In this document: piece by piece, positions 22,844 to 34,839 of the stretch
How positions within the stretch are numbered: position 1 is the stretch's first letter
How the letters are laid out: every line of letters begins with the position of its first letter
From: Owenia fusiformis
Taxonomy: Eukaryota
Direction: 5' to 3'
DNA: 64,000 nt
Assembly (NCBI GenBank): GCA_903813345.2
Contig: CAIIXF020000001.1
Span: 12,028,001-12,092,000, forward strand
Notes under the pieces: generated by a model
Databases searched by the model: none
The model's input: only the letters and a program-made list of their open reading frames with translations
What the model was told of the DNA's origin: nothing
Translations under genes and position numbers: made by a program

Positions 22844-24402
22844 AAGTGAACAAGTGAAAAAAATTAAGAATTGAAGATGATAAAATATTCTGTTATGCTT
22901 GTCCATTTACTTGTATGTAATTGACAATTAAAACTTTATTCATTCTTTCATGAGACAATTTTGGTTCCCAAGAAAAACAGAATAATTAATTTGGAGATAG
23001 GTTCCGTAGTTAAGCCACCGACTCGAAGATAAACACAACAGTTAGGATGGATGTTAAAATGGACTTGAATAAATTTTTACCATTTAATTGATATACAAAA
23101 TAAGATAGAGACTAAAATTACGAATCATACCAAAAAGGTTTTATATCCTAGCTATTAAGGTATATTAACAATAAAATATAGATGGAAACCTACCTGAGAG
23201 GGTATTGATTGTTTTTTTCACAACATCTCTAGTATCAGATCAAAGTTTTATAGATGGCGGCATATATGTCCCTATTCGTCATGAGGAATTGTGGATTGTG
23301 ACATAATTAATCAAATGATTTTAATTTCCTGTTAAAATAACACAGTGAGGAAACATTTTATCAGGTGGAAATTGACTAACTAAAGTAATTTAGAGTATGG
23401 TTCATTTTGTTAATGTCATGAACAGTCGTATCAGAACTAGCCTTTCTGTACTCCTTATTGAGGATCCGATTACCATACATGTAGTTACCTTTTTGCATAG
23501 AAAAAGATGCATGATTTAATTTCTCAAAACAGAGATGTATCAACCTTCTCGAAAGCAAAATAATACAAATATTTAGTCCAATAACACCTTAGTGCTTTTT
23601 GAAAAAATGCTTCAAGCAGATTATTACAGGCTCATTAGAGATCATATTCACACGCTCGTTCTTGTCTCCGAACAATGGGAGCCGAGTGAGTGAAGATGAA
23701 TAGAAATAACTTTGGAACCATTCTGTCCAATATAAAACTAACATAAGATCTTCTTGAAACTTTTATAATATTGTTTATTTATTTTAAATCATTTGTGATT
23801 ATTTATTTATTTACATGTAGCAATTGAAAATTATCTACCATACATGCATATCTCATGACCAATTTATATAATGCAATTAAATTATTTTTCAGTAATTCTC
23901 AAAGGTACATCTTGATGAGCTTTCTAGACTTCTAACTCAGATGATGCTTTTTTAACTTAATTAAAACAATAATACAACTCCTTGTAGGTTTAGGGTTGAA
24001 AAGGGTGATATAGCCTAATGCATAGACTCATGAGTTTGAAGAAAGGCACATTACCTTTCCAACTGATTTTGTCTTCTCGAGGCTGTGTACTAGACTCAGT
24101 ATATGCAATAAAAGAGTTCCATTTATATAATGTACATGTATTACATGTATTTTATTTATAATTAAGATCCCAGCAGGTCATTTGATAATTTAACTGAAAA
24201 AACATTGTATGAACCAACCCTTTTCTTTTGCTCTAAAAATGCAAAGAAATAGTTGAAATAAAAGAAAACAGGTTTGACCAGGGAGAATTTTGATTGACCT
24301 GGTAGGCACAACTAAACAGACAAATAATTTGTAAGGGACTAACTGGCACATTTATGAACCATTCTTGTGCACAGACCCTAAAATGTGATATCATAATTAA
24401 CT

Positions 24403-25564
24403 CACACTACCCTACCTCGATCACGCATGCGCGAATTTTTTGGCTTTCAATCGGGTCGCTTTTGAGTATATCGACTGCTTACTCAAAAGGTTAATACGTT
24501 TGGTGCTCGGAGTGAGTCAATATTGCTATTCGCTACACTTCAGTGGTGCAATAGTGAAGTCGATGTTCCAAGTTATATGATAGTTATAGAAAGAATGAAA
24601 ATAATATCGTTTTAAATTTTAAAATATTTGATATGTCATAGTACACGGTACACAGTTGCAAAAGTTGATCAATACAGGGTACAAGGAATGTAAATTGTTC
24701 AATAGTACAGGGAGCGAGAAAGTAAGCTGATTATACAGACATACTATGTCCCGACCTCATGTACATTTACGTTGCAAACAGTGAAAGTAATGCTAAAAAG
24801 GCCGCCTGTTGATGCTTTGGGGTGTCATCAATTGTTATTCAATCCAAATAAAGTAAACATTATTTTGTAGATTTTGACACGGGCTTTCAGGTCGTATGCA
24901 TTTTAGTCATAAAATTAACAAGAACGCTAGATTATACGTGTTACTAAGGTATCAAATTGAAATAAAATAACGAAATTAAATATTAAGACGTTAATGATAA
25001 ATGACTATCCGCTATCAGTATTAATGACTATCCGCTACTCAGAATAATTAAAATTGCCTGAACTGCATGTGCAGAATCTTTCTATATAACCCCTTGAATG
25101 ATATAATTCACTACCGTCCTCAAAAACCGATCATTTAAAACGTTTTGTTCAAATTCACAAAAATACAGTTGAATAACATACTAGAAAACGTATCCACCTA
25201 TAACACGATGACACGCAGTTTAAATAATAGTTAATTGGGTTTTTTGTTACATATCAATGTAACATTTTCGAAGGGAAACTTACATGCTCCCTGTACGTTG
25301 ACAGATTTACTGAAATGTATCGTGTATTGCATTCGAGTTTTGCTTCACTGCGCCCACTATTATCTATCTTTGCCTATAGTGGTCTTTTGCCAACAATATT
25401 CTAAAAACTGCTTGATGAATCAATTCTATATCTGATAGAACACTAGAAATAAATGTAAAATGTATTTTACGTTCAGAAATATGGAATTAAACCCACGTCC
25501 TCCATTTGCAACTTAGCTGTACCCTGTCTCCATTTTAAACGTGGTCACGTGGTAGGGTAGTGTG
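24403..25564. mobile_element. Non-autonomous element, CAC..GTG ends, 5-bp TSD (Transib-like)
   Basis: CACACTACCCTACC / GGTAGGGTAGTGTG; TAACT on both sides. Confidence 0.8.
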
Positions 25565-26752
25565 TAACTGTATCATACCCATGAATTGAGGGGTTGCTTC
25601 CATTTGAGGGATTTCTTGTAGTTGTGCCTAAGCTTTACTTTCATTAATGAATGATGTTTTTGGGGCCCTGTTATTACTATGGTTACTAATGTTTTATTCC
25701 ATGGATTAATTAATTCTGACTCAACAATTTCTCATGTCAAGGATAAAATGGTATAAACACGCAATATGCAATTTTTATTATTTCATTGTTATTGGTTATT
25801 TATACGCAGTATCTATGTATACACCATGACAGACCTGTTATATCTCTTGCAATAACCATAAATGTCATTTCATGATACTTGATATCTTCATTTTATAGCG
25901 TTACATTCTGTTCTGAACCTCAACTTTGGCTGTTTTAGTCATGTTTTTGTTATTTAACTTTAAAGAGAGAATCAGATTTAGTGAGCATGCTAAACAAAAA
26001 ATTTTCAATTTTGGTAAAACCCAAAGTGCCTAAATATGACAAATTTTCAATTTACATAAATTATGTTTCGAAAAGTGTGTAATTTTTGTGCATGTTGTGA
26101 CTAAATCAAAATGAAATCAAACTCTGTATATTGATACAGCAATATCATTATAGCAAAAGCAAGGAAATGAAAAATGCCCTGGTAGTTGTATACGATACAG
26201 GCAATATTATTTATAACTTTTATTGACATATTGTATCATATCATGATAACATTAGTCAAAATCCTGTTATCATGATATATTTTGTACTTTAGTCTTTTGT
26301 ATTATGTCTTGATTTGTTATTAACATTGATCCTATGATGATTTACTAACTATTTGCTTTGTTCTGATGAGTCTGGATCTTAGTGATTAGAGCTTATATAC
26401 AGTGTATATATAATCTGAATTTACATGAACATTATCCTATATCAGTATTTGGCACTGTGTCACTTAGAAATTTCAGTTAGGGTGAAAACAATGTGAAACT
26501 AATCGGAAAATTTATGGTTCACTAATAGAGTAACCGGGTCTCTATGAAAAAAGTCCTATCCCTTCTCTCACATTAGTTTCATATTACCCTTCATATTTTT
26601 AACAGAGAAACTCTATAGAGGTTTTGGAATAATCTGCTGTTAAGTATAAGTAATAATGAGTTTGTCTAATAATATATATAAAATCTTTTATACAAAATGA
26701 TGTATATTTGGCACAGTCTGTATGGATACACTGAACAAAATCTTACTCATAC

Positions 26753-27093
26753 AATTGAAAATTTAGTCACATAGCTCTCCCTGTTAAAGAGGGATATGTC
26801 GATTATGATGTTTTTAGTAACAGTGCATGTCTCTTAACAGAAGCTCAAGTAAAGTGGTTTCTGTGTCATACAAGGATTTCAATGATGTCTTGTTTCTATG
26901 ACACAATCATGTACATTTTATTAGACCTATAAATAATCAAATTGAAAATAAAATGAAATCTGTATTATATATCACAAAAACTCCAGAAACCACTTTATTT
27001 GAGCTTCTGTTAAGAGACATGCACTGATACTAAAAACATAATAATCAACATATCCCTCTTGAACAGGCAGAGCTATGTGACTAAATTTTCAAT
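26753..27093. repeat. Inverted repeat with arms of about 110 bp (MITE remnant)
   Basis: AATTGAAAATTTAGTCACATAGCTCT..GTGGTTTCTG versus CAGAAACCAC..AGAGCTATGTGACTAAATTTTCAATT. Confidence 0.8.
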
Positions 27094-27891
27094 TTTAGAT
27101 ATCTTCTTAGTCTTGAAACAAATAAAGATTTTTCATTTTGAATTATTTTTCATTTACATTAGTTTGACATCAGTCAGTGCCCCTCCAGTATCTATGCTAT
27201 GCCTCAGTGGCAATCTCCTTAAGTGATTGATCTGTGAGTTGTTTCCTATAACGTGGATGTAACCCTAGTATCTTATTCTATTTTTGTAGTCAGTGTGAGG
27301 TTAAATAACTCATTCTCTATTGTGCGAATTGATTTATAGTGCCTGCCAGTTTATCAGCATGGGAGCTTTATAATTTAATGTACTCTGATTATAGTTGATC
27401 TGTTTCCAAATACTGTAACATTAAAAAGTCGTTTCGGAACATCAAGGCTGAGTAAAAAATTAATTACAGGATATAGATGACTTTAATATAATACATACAG
27501 TACAATAAAATGATACATTATTGAACAATCATCATATATTATTTATTTTGTGACAATGTAATGTGACTAAGTATTTTTCAAAAGGTATAGGCTATGCTGA
27601 GTGCCATAGACTTTTTCTGACTTTGGTTAAAATAAGCTTGTACTTACTTATATGATTCCTAAATATGCTTTAATTTTTTAACAAAATGAGGTAATTCATC
27701 AACAATACACTGAAAAGGTATTCTTGTGAGATATCTAGAATTTTTTCTTGAAGGTGCTCATTGAACTCAAACGAGCTTTATGTTAACTCATCGTGCCATG
27801 GAATAATAATTTCTATTTTCTAGCTTATACGTCAATTATTATAGAAGTTAGACCAATCTGACATCCTTGTTTAGTGTACTTTAAGTTTACT

Positions 27892-27929
27892 CATGGGCTT
27901 TCGCGAAAGCTTTCTCTTGAAAGCCCATG
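27892..27929. mobile_element. 38-bp micro-MITE, same family as 5598-5627
   Basis: CATGGGCTTTC..GAAAGCCCATG flanked by GTTTACT/GTTTAAT. Confidence 0.7.
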
Positions 27930-27941
27930 GTTTAATGCATG

Positions 27942-28571
27942 TCATAATAGTTTTTCTTGAACCGCATGATGCTCGAATATAGGAGAGTTTCCTTCAGATT
28001 TATCTTCATCAGAATCAGCCTCGATCCAAGGTATATTAATCAAAGTATCTGTAAAATCTTTGGGCTGATCCTGCATACATAGTACCTCATCAGATATGGT
28101 CATTCGGGAACTACAAGGCAATATAGATGTTTCTTGTAAATCTGATATGCTACATTTATCATTTATACTGCCGTTGCAACTAAAATTGGTATCACTTAAG
28201 ATTTTATCAATGATAGATATTGATATTATCCTCCTATTTTGGTTTCCTTTTTTGAGAGTACTTGGTATATATGATGTTATATTTTGATTTTGATATCGTT
28301 GAGTCGCTTTAAGGGATTCAAGACCTGAGTCGACAGATTCGCTGTACGATTTATGAAGTCTCGTGTTATTTACTACTGTTTGCCTTGATCCTCTGTCATC
28401 CTTAATGCTGAGGGATATTGTTCTGGGTACTACATGCATACCAATGGGTGTTAGGAGCTGCTCCTCTCTATCCATGTGGTCAGTTCTCACATACTGTAAG
28501 GCCTTCTGTGTTGGGTATTGGATCATTGTAACAAATGTATCATTCTTTGAGACACATTGTCTGGCCTGTTG
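27942..28571 (-). CDS. 209-codon open frame continuing in frame after the UGA of 28572-28913 (candidate readthrough extension)
   Basis: TGA CAA CAG GCC AGA CAA TGT GTC TCA AAG AAT GAT ACA TTT GTT ACA ATG ATC.. open to TGA at 27944-27942; low-complexity/disordered composition with DSGLES and terminal EKLL. Confidence 0.6.
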   Translation of the reverse strand, partial: QQARQCVSKNDTFVTMIQYPTQKALQYVRTDHMDREEQLLTPIGMHVVPRTISLSIKDDRGSRQTVVNNTRLHKSYSESVDSGLESLKATQRYQNQNITSYIPSTLKKGNQNRRIISISIIDKILSDTNFSCNGSINDKCSISDLQETSILPCSSRMTISDEVLCMQDQPKDFTDTLINIPWIEADSDEDKSEGNSPIFEHHAVQEKLL

Positions 28572-28913
28572 TCATAATAGTGTTTCCTCTTGACTAGGGG
28601 CCCGAGCATCTTCTTCAACAACAATTTGGAGGATCTCATCCTCCTCTTCGTCATCATTATACTGTCTTGGATCATTATCATCCATATCTTCATTGGAGCT
28701 ACTGTCATCAAACTCGGGGACATCATGAATTACATGGTCATCAGTGTCAGTTATAATAGCATTTCGGTTAACTGTCTCCACATGTGTTTTATAGCAACAG
28801 TGTACTATAATCGCTATGACGATTATTGCTGTAAGGAGCAGTATCACAACTATGATTGTTATCTCCATGGAGTGGCTTGTTCCCAAGCTAGGTTGAACTC
28901 CATTAGGGTCCAT
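28572..28913 (-). CDS. Small single-pass membrane protein (113 aa) with acidic tail
   Basis: Hydrophobic ITIIVVILLLTAIIVIAIIV, then HCCYK, a D/E-rich tail and terminal EETLL; TATATAA at 29008-29002; paralog at 30280-30474. Confidence 0.75.
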   Translation of the reverse strand: MDPNGVQPSLGTSHSMEITIIVVILLLTAIIVIAIIVHCCYKTHVETVNRNAIITDTDDHVIHDVPEFDDSSSNEDMDDNDPRQYNDDEEEDEILQIVVEEDARAPSQEETLL

Positions 28914-30279
28914 TTAGAAACAATGTTTTGTGGGCTCTGTTAATGCCTCATATATTTTTTCAGTAATGGGCTCCAAGTGCCCTCATCCATTTAAATCCCA
29001 CTTATATATTGTCCCTCATGTGCAACCTACATCTGAGTGAGGTCAGTTTCTTTAGGAACACCATTAAACTAAAAGCTTATATATATTTTCATCAGTGTCT
29101 TACATAAATAATGTTAAGTCAACCAACCCTCATGTCATCATTAATGCTCTCTGTATGAGGATTAAATTCTGAGAATACAGAGAATCATTAATTTTCTGTT
29201 CTGGAATTTTCAGCAGTGCAGAATGTTGCTTTAATCCCTTATGATAGCTTCTCAGTGTCTAATTGAAATATGATTCATGGATCAATGGCCTCAATAGTGA
29301 GATATCCCGTTGTATTATAAACCGTCTAACCATCTCAGATATGATCACATATTTCTTTAACACACGCAAATCAATCTGCATCTAATTCATCCAACTCACA
29401 GACCCATCACTTTGTGCAGATATTAACCTATCGCTCTTATTAGATCACCTAAATTATTTAAAATCGATCAATAATTTCATTATATCAACTGATATCTTCG
29501 CAATCTGGCAAAACTCCTGCTTGGTATGTTACATTGTCAAGAGACTGGTTATGTCAAACGAAGAGTTAAAATAATGATTTTACTATTATAAAATTGTCAT
29601 TTCCGATCTTGTCTTATCTCGGAAATAAATGCATTTGTTAATGATTTTGCCATTCACTGAGCTCTTTACTCAATTATCTTGAGGACATATTTTATTTGCA
29701 TTTAATTGTTGTTTTTACGAGTGATGAAAATGTTTTATTTTCTTTTTCTATAGTAATAATGATCGGAGAGTATTCACATCCTTAGATATTGTTATCCTAT
29801 GAAGTGTCTAAATAACTTGTGAGTTGTCCTCAGAATATTAGTCAAAGTTATGACTTTCAATAATGCCTTTTATATATAGGCTATGTATTGAATGTCATTG
29901 TCCTTTCCATTGATGGACTTAATTGCTCTTTCATTAGCTGGAACAATTGAAGCTGTACTTTCAGCTTGGTTATTGTCTTTGTATTACTGTGTCCTAATTG
30001 TGTCAATTAGCAAATGCCATGTTAAATGCCATTTGCCCGAAGAACTTTTGAATACGTTGTGATATTTTTGTCCGTAAATTACATGTGTTTTTACTGTTTA
30101 TATGTAAGAAAGTTATACTTTTATCAGTGAATCATTGCATTTGTCCAAAGAATACCTGATTCTTATTGTAAAGTTAATTTAAGATTGGTCATCAATATTA
30201 ACTTGTACATAAGTTTGTTTCACAGTTCCACATTGTTTTTAATCTGTTCTCTATCTTTAGGTGATTAGTTTTAATTCTC

Positions 30280-30474
30280 CTAGAGCTCAACTACAACAGT
30301 TAAAGGTGTCCTGTCAGTGGTTCCATAATTATCATCATCTTCTTCCTCTATAATCTCATCCTCTTTCATAATATTCTTATTTTCCAGATGTTTAATGTAA
30401 CACGTATGGAGCACACCTACTAGAATTCCTATTGATGTAGTAGTCAGAATGATCACAATGATAATTGCCTCCAT
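30280..30474 (-). CDS. Small single-pass membrane protein (64 aa), paralog of 28572-28913
   Basis: MEAIIIVIILTTTSIGILVGVLHTCYIKHLE aligns without gaps to MEITIIVVILLLTAIIVIAIIVHCCYKTHVE; acceptor TTATTTTTCAG upstream at 30670. Confidence 0.7.
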   Translation of the reverse strand: MEAIIIVIILTTTSIGILVGVLHTCYIKHLENKNIMKEDEIIEEEDDDNYGTTDRTPLTVVVEL

Positions 30475-30773
30475 GTGGAATGCTGCAGGAATCTCAGTTT
30501 AGATTTATCCGCTTTACATTAATTAACTGGCAGATTCCATCGAGTTATTTCTATTGTTCTAGCGAGATTCTTACATTCCTTGTGCTCACTTGGAACTGTT
30601 TTATTTAAGTGTCAGATGCTGTTTTGTGTCAAAATTGTAGAATTTGTCTATTCTAGCTCATCTTTGTACCTGAAAAATAAAACATAATATAGATGTATTA
30701 AATCAATGCAAGAATAGAAACGTACAAGTATCAAGCTAAAAGGTTACTAAACTGTATGTAATGTTTTTTAAGT

Positions 30774-30972
30774 CAGGCCCGTAGCCAGGATTTGCCAAAG
30801 GGGGTTCAATTTTCAAAAATTTCCAGGGGGGGTTCACATTTGACAATTTTGGCCCAAATATGGCTAAAATCACTTGAGAAGTGCTCAAAATGGTGAAAAA
30901 CTGCATGATTTTGAAAAAAATTTTGGCCAGGGGGGGGGGTTCGCAGGGTTCGGTCCCCTGGCTACGGGCCTG
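30774..30972. mobile_element. MITE CAGGCCCGTAGCCAGG, 5-bp TSD (hAT5-like)
   Basis: Perfect TIR, TAAGT on both sides; diverged inverted copy at about 41902-42089. Confidence 0.85.
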
Positions 30973-31366
30973 TAAGTGATGTTTATAGGTCAAGGTCATT
31001 TGAAGGTCAAAGGTCTTGCCATTGTAAGTCTAAGTATGGATACGGAAAAGCCATTCATCCAACAATCTATTTGTCTGTTCAGATGATAGCTAAAGTACTG
31101 TTTATCGGATTTGGTATAGGCATTAGACTTCTGCTCAATATGGTCACTCAAGTCAAACTGGTTACCATGTTTCATAATATAATTTTTGATTATTCAGATA
31201 ATTCAGTCAATTTTGGATATAACTTTTTTTATTATTTATTTTTTCTCGAATCTCTCATTTCCTCACTTGGATCATATTTAAAACCAATACTACTTATGTG
31301 ATTAATAAATGTGTGAAACAATGTGAGATTTGATGGGTGACTTAATAATATGTTTTGCCTTGTCAG

Positions 31367-31501
31367 TAGTCTAGCTACAAGCCCCTGTAACCCCCTCCCA
31401 CTACTTGACTACACACCTTCTCACACAGGCGTAAGGAGATTTGTAGTGCCTGTTGTAGATAGGGGGGGGGGGGGTGGTCACAAGGGCTTGTAGCTAGACT
31501 A
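31367..31501. mobile_element. Short MITE with TAG..CTA ends (AcademH-like)
   Basis: TAGTCTAGCTACAAGCCC / GGGCTTGTAGCTAGACTA; imperfect 9-bp TSD CCTTGTCAG/CTTAGTCAG. Confidence 0.75.
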
Positions 31502-33377
31502 CTTAGTCAGTGGGATTTGTTACTCCTCAAGGATTAGTTAAAATGGCTCTTGTAAAGGTCAAGGTTAAGAAAGTCACATAAAATATAAAATGCATTAATG
31601 CAGTTTTATGCACATTTTCCAGGCTAATGGCCACCTTTAAGTTTACCATAACCCCAGACTAAGCCATTTGCACAGAATGGGTGCTCACTTCTAATTAATG
31701 TACTTTTCGTATGATTAATTGAAGGGTCAAGTGATCTCACTTTGATTGATAGCTTCCTACAAGAAAATAGACTTACAAGAATACTGTCCCTAATTTAGAG
31801 AACATAATACCATGTGTTCATTGATTTACGTAATGGCATTTCGTTTGTCTTTATATACTTGGCTTTCCATTATTTCCATCTTTAGATACGCTTGTAGAAA
31901 GAATATTATTATATTATACAAACATAAAGTGGCATCATCTTTAAGCTTGATGTTCTTTTATCTCATCTATTACAACTGTTCATTTCTTTATGGAGGATTA
32001 GAGATGTGATAAATTGTATGGTACTTAAAGTATAGTAAATGTCATCTTCCCTCACCTACGTAAAATAACTCTTAAGATGCATTGTTTATAATGATTTTTC
32101 AATTATATCAGTCAACATTTTAGACAATCCAATCTTCAATAACGGAATTATCGGATTATGGTGATCGCATATCAAATTGTCTTAGAAAACCCATTACATT
32201 TTCACATTGGTAAGCCAATCATGAAATGACTTGTGTATTTTCTTTCAATTAATTTCTTGTAGAAGAGAAAATCTGTTCTTTAGAGATGCTTTATTATTCT
32301 GAGTGATGGGTTAAAAGCTCTATTGAATTCCATCTCTCTCATTGGGGATTAATTTAGCTCCAGACTTAAGTTGGACCTTAGAGGCCCAGTAATCTCCGCC
32401 TATGATTCTGAGGAAATTAGACCCTGTTGCACCCACATATTTGTGTAAGTTTTCTCGCAGTGGGTGTCTCTGTTGGAGCATTTATTGCCAGGGCTCAAAA
32501 CTAGTTATTATTGCCCATGGGCAATCATTTTTCATTTTGGCAATTAACTTTAAAAAAGTGATTGTCAACTGAGTATTGAGATTAGTTTAATGATTATTAC
32601 TGTTGAACACCCTAAATCTTATTACATATATCTATTTTGTACATGGGAAGTTTTACTTTGTATATGTATTGCATATTGAGAGAAAATTTGATGAATAATG
32701 GTAAAATATTGCTGATAATTTGATAAACATATTCTTCTTGTATAGTATGCTTGATAAGGATGGTGAATAATTCAAAAATTGATGACATTAACACTCAAAT
32801 GTTGCATTTTCTTTATTTCCCTTGATACCATTGTACTATACAATATTGCAAGCCCTTGTTATATGTCTGCCTTGAAGCTTATAGAACATAAAAATCCGTA
32901 TTCACAAGATTAATTCTTGGGAATATTTCTGTCAACATATATAATCTTGGCAACTGATTATTAATTATTTGTTGCATCCGTATGGGCTGTAAAAACTTAC
33001 AAAAAAAATATTGGCTGGATAACTAGTTTCCATAATTCTGTGGCCTGGACAGAATTCATCAAAAGTTCAGGATTTTGTAGAATTCCTGATTTTCCTGAAA
33101 TTCCCGCGGAATTACCAGAATTACATGTTTTTATAAGCTCCTACCATTGATTTTTTTGGAAAATTTGTGCAGAATTTCGATTTTCCCCCAGCAGAATTTC
33201 TTTTTTCTTGCATGTTTTAAAATCCCTGAATATTTCATTTGCAACTCAATTTTCATTTTGAACTCAAGAAAATAAAAAGTAAAAAAGGGAAAAATCAAAA
33301 CCATAATATTAACTTTCTCTAGCCCAATAAGAGTAAATTAACTTTACAGAACTGTTCATTTGTAAATCATAAAATCT

Positions 33378-33413
33378 ATCCATCCATCCATCCATCCATC
33401 CATCCGTCTGTCC
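33378..33413 (+). repeat. (TCCA)n/GTCY microsatellite
   Basis: Direct reading of the sequence. Confidence 0.8.
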
Positions 33414-34043
33414 CGAATTGTAAAAAGGATGTTTTTCTGCATTTTTATGTTGCAACCAAGAAGTGATGACTTATCACTATTCCCATCATGTTATTTGTGA
33501 CAGCTATTCAGCATCAGGATCTGTAACGATTGTTACATTTTCCCAGTTAGTGATATTTTGTCATGAATAATTCTGACAATTCTGATAACTATATTCAGAT
33601 ATTCCTATTCGATTAATGTACTAATAGGCTTCTTTAATTTTGACCTTTGAACAGAAATTCTGTTTTCCATCAGCATATTTTCTCAATCAATTTGCGTGCA
33701 TAGACTGTTTTCTTATCTTTTATCATAAAGAAGTCTATTACTTTGACATGACAAATGAAGAGAGTATGGAACATTGCGTCATTCATGATAAATGTTTCAA
33801 TTGTTTTTGAGTAATTTTGTACCCTCATAGTTGACCTACTAAAATTGTGTATTTCTGCATGGAACATCTCCATATAACCGTACAAAGAACACCTCTCTGA
33901 ACCTGACAAATTTGACCAGATTTTAGCAGTTGACACAATTTTCAATTTTAGCAAATTAGCAAAAATTATTCAAATTAGACAGAATTAAGCAAATTTGGCA
34001 AAATTTAATCAATTTTTAGTAAATTTGGCAATCTTCTAGCAAA

Positions 34044-34432
34044 GGACGATTCTCGGTTTGGAGAACAGTCTCCCGGGCTAATAATATTTTTCATGAAAAA
34101 TATAGAAATATTACCCAAATTAAACTATGAATATTCAAAAGAGGACATTTAAATCTACAAGATGTAAAAATAACAAATTGGTCTGAAGCAGGGATAATGC
34201 TCAATTAGACCGATTCAATAAAATACAAGTCTCGATTTGGGGAAAAAAGTTCATCAGTGTACTGCGCTAATATTTTTTTTGCAAAAAATCTAGAAATATT
34301 ACCCAAATTAAATTATGACTATTCGAAAGAAGACATTCAAATCTATATTAAGTAAAAAAATCAAATTTGTCCGAAGCAGGGATAATGCTCATTTATATTG
34401 ATGAACTTCGTTCTCCAAACCGAGAATCGTCC
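34044..34432 (+). mobile_element. Spy-like MITE copy A (AAA^TTT target)
   Basis: TIR GGACGATTCTCGGTTTGGAGAAC, flanked by AAA and TTT. Confidence 0.85.
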
Positions 34433-34452
34433 TTTGGTAGAGATTAAGCAAA

Positions 34453-34839
34453 GGACGATTCTCGGTTTGGAGAACGAAGTTCATCAATCTAAATGAGCAT
34501 TATCCCTGCTTCGGACAAATTTGATTTTTTTACATAATATAGATTTGAATGTCTACTTTTGAACAGTCATAATTTAATTTGGGTAATATTTCTAGATTTT
34601 TCGCGAAAAAATATTAGCACAGTACACTGATGAACTTTTTTCCCCAAATCGAGACTTGTATTTTATTGAATCGGTCAAATTGAACGTTATCCCTGCTTCA
34701 GACCAATTTGTAAATTTTACATCTTGTAGATTTAAATGTCCTCTTTTGAATATTTATAGTTTGATTTGGGTAATATTTCTATATTTTTCATTAAAAAAAT
34801 ATTAGCCCAGGAGACTGTTCTCCAAACCGAGAATCGTCC
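34453..34839 (-). mobile_element. Spy-like MITE copy B, inverted relative to copy A
   Basis: Same TIRs; interior is the reverse complement of copy A with scattered substitutions; flanked by AAA and TTT. Confidence 0.85.

Noticed and set aside
27892-28574. Selenocysteine decoding of the in-frame TGA, with the downstream hairpin as a SECIS
   Set aside because: No redox-like context around the TGA; the hairpin is a TSD-flanked micro-element without a recognisable SECIS core. A SECISearch run would settle it
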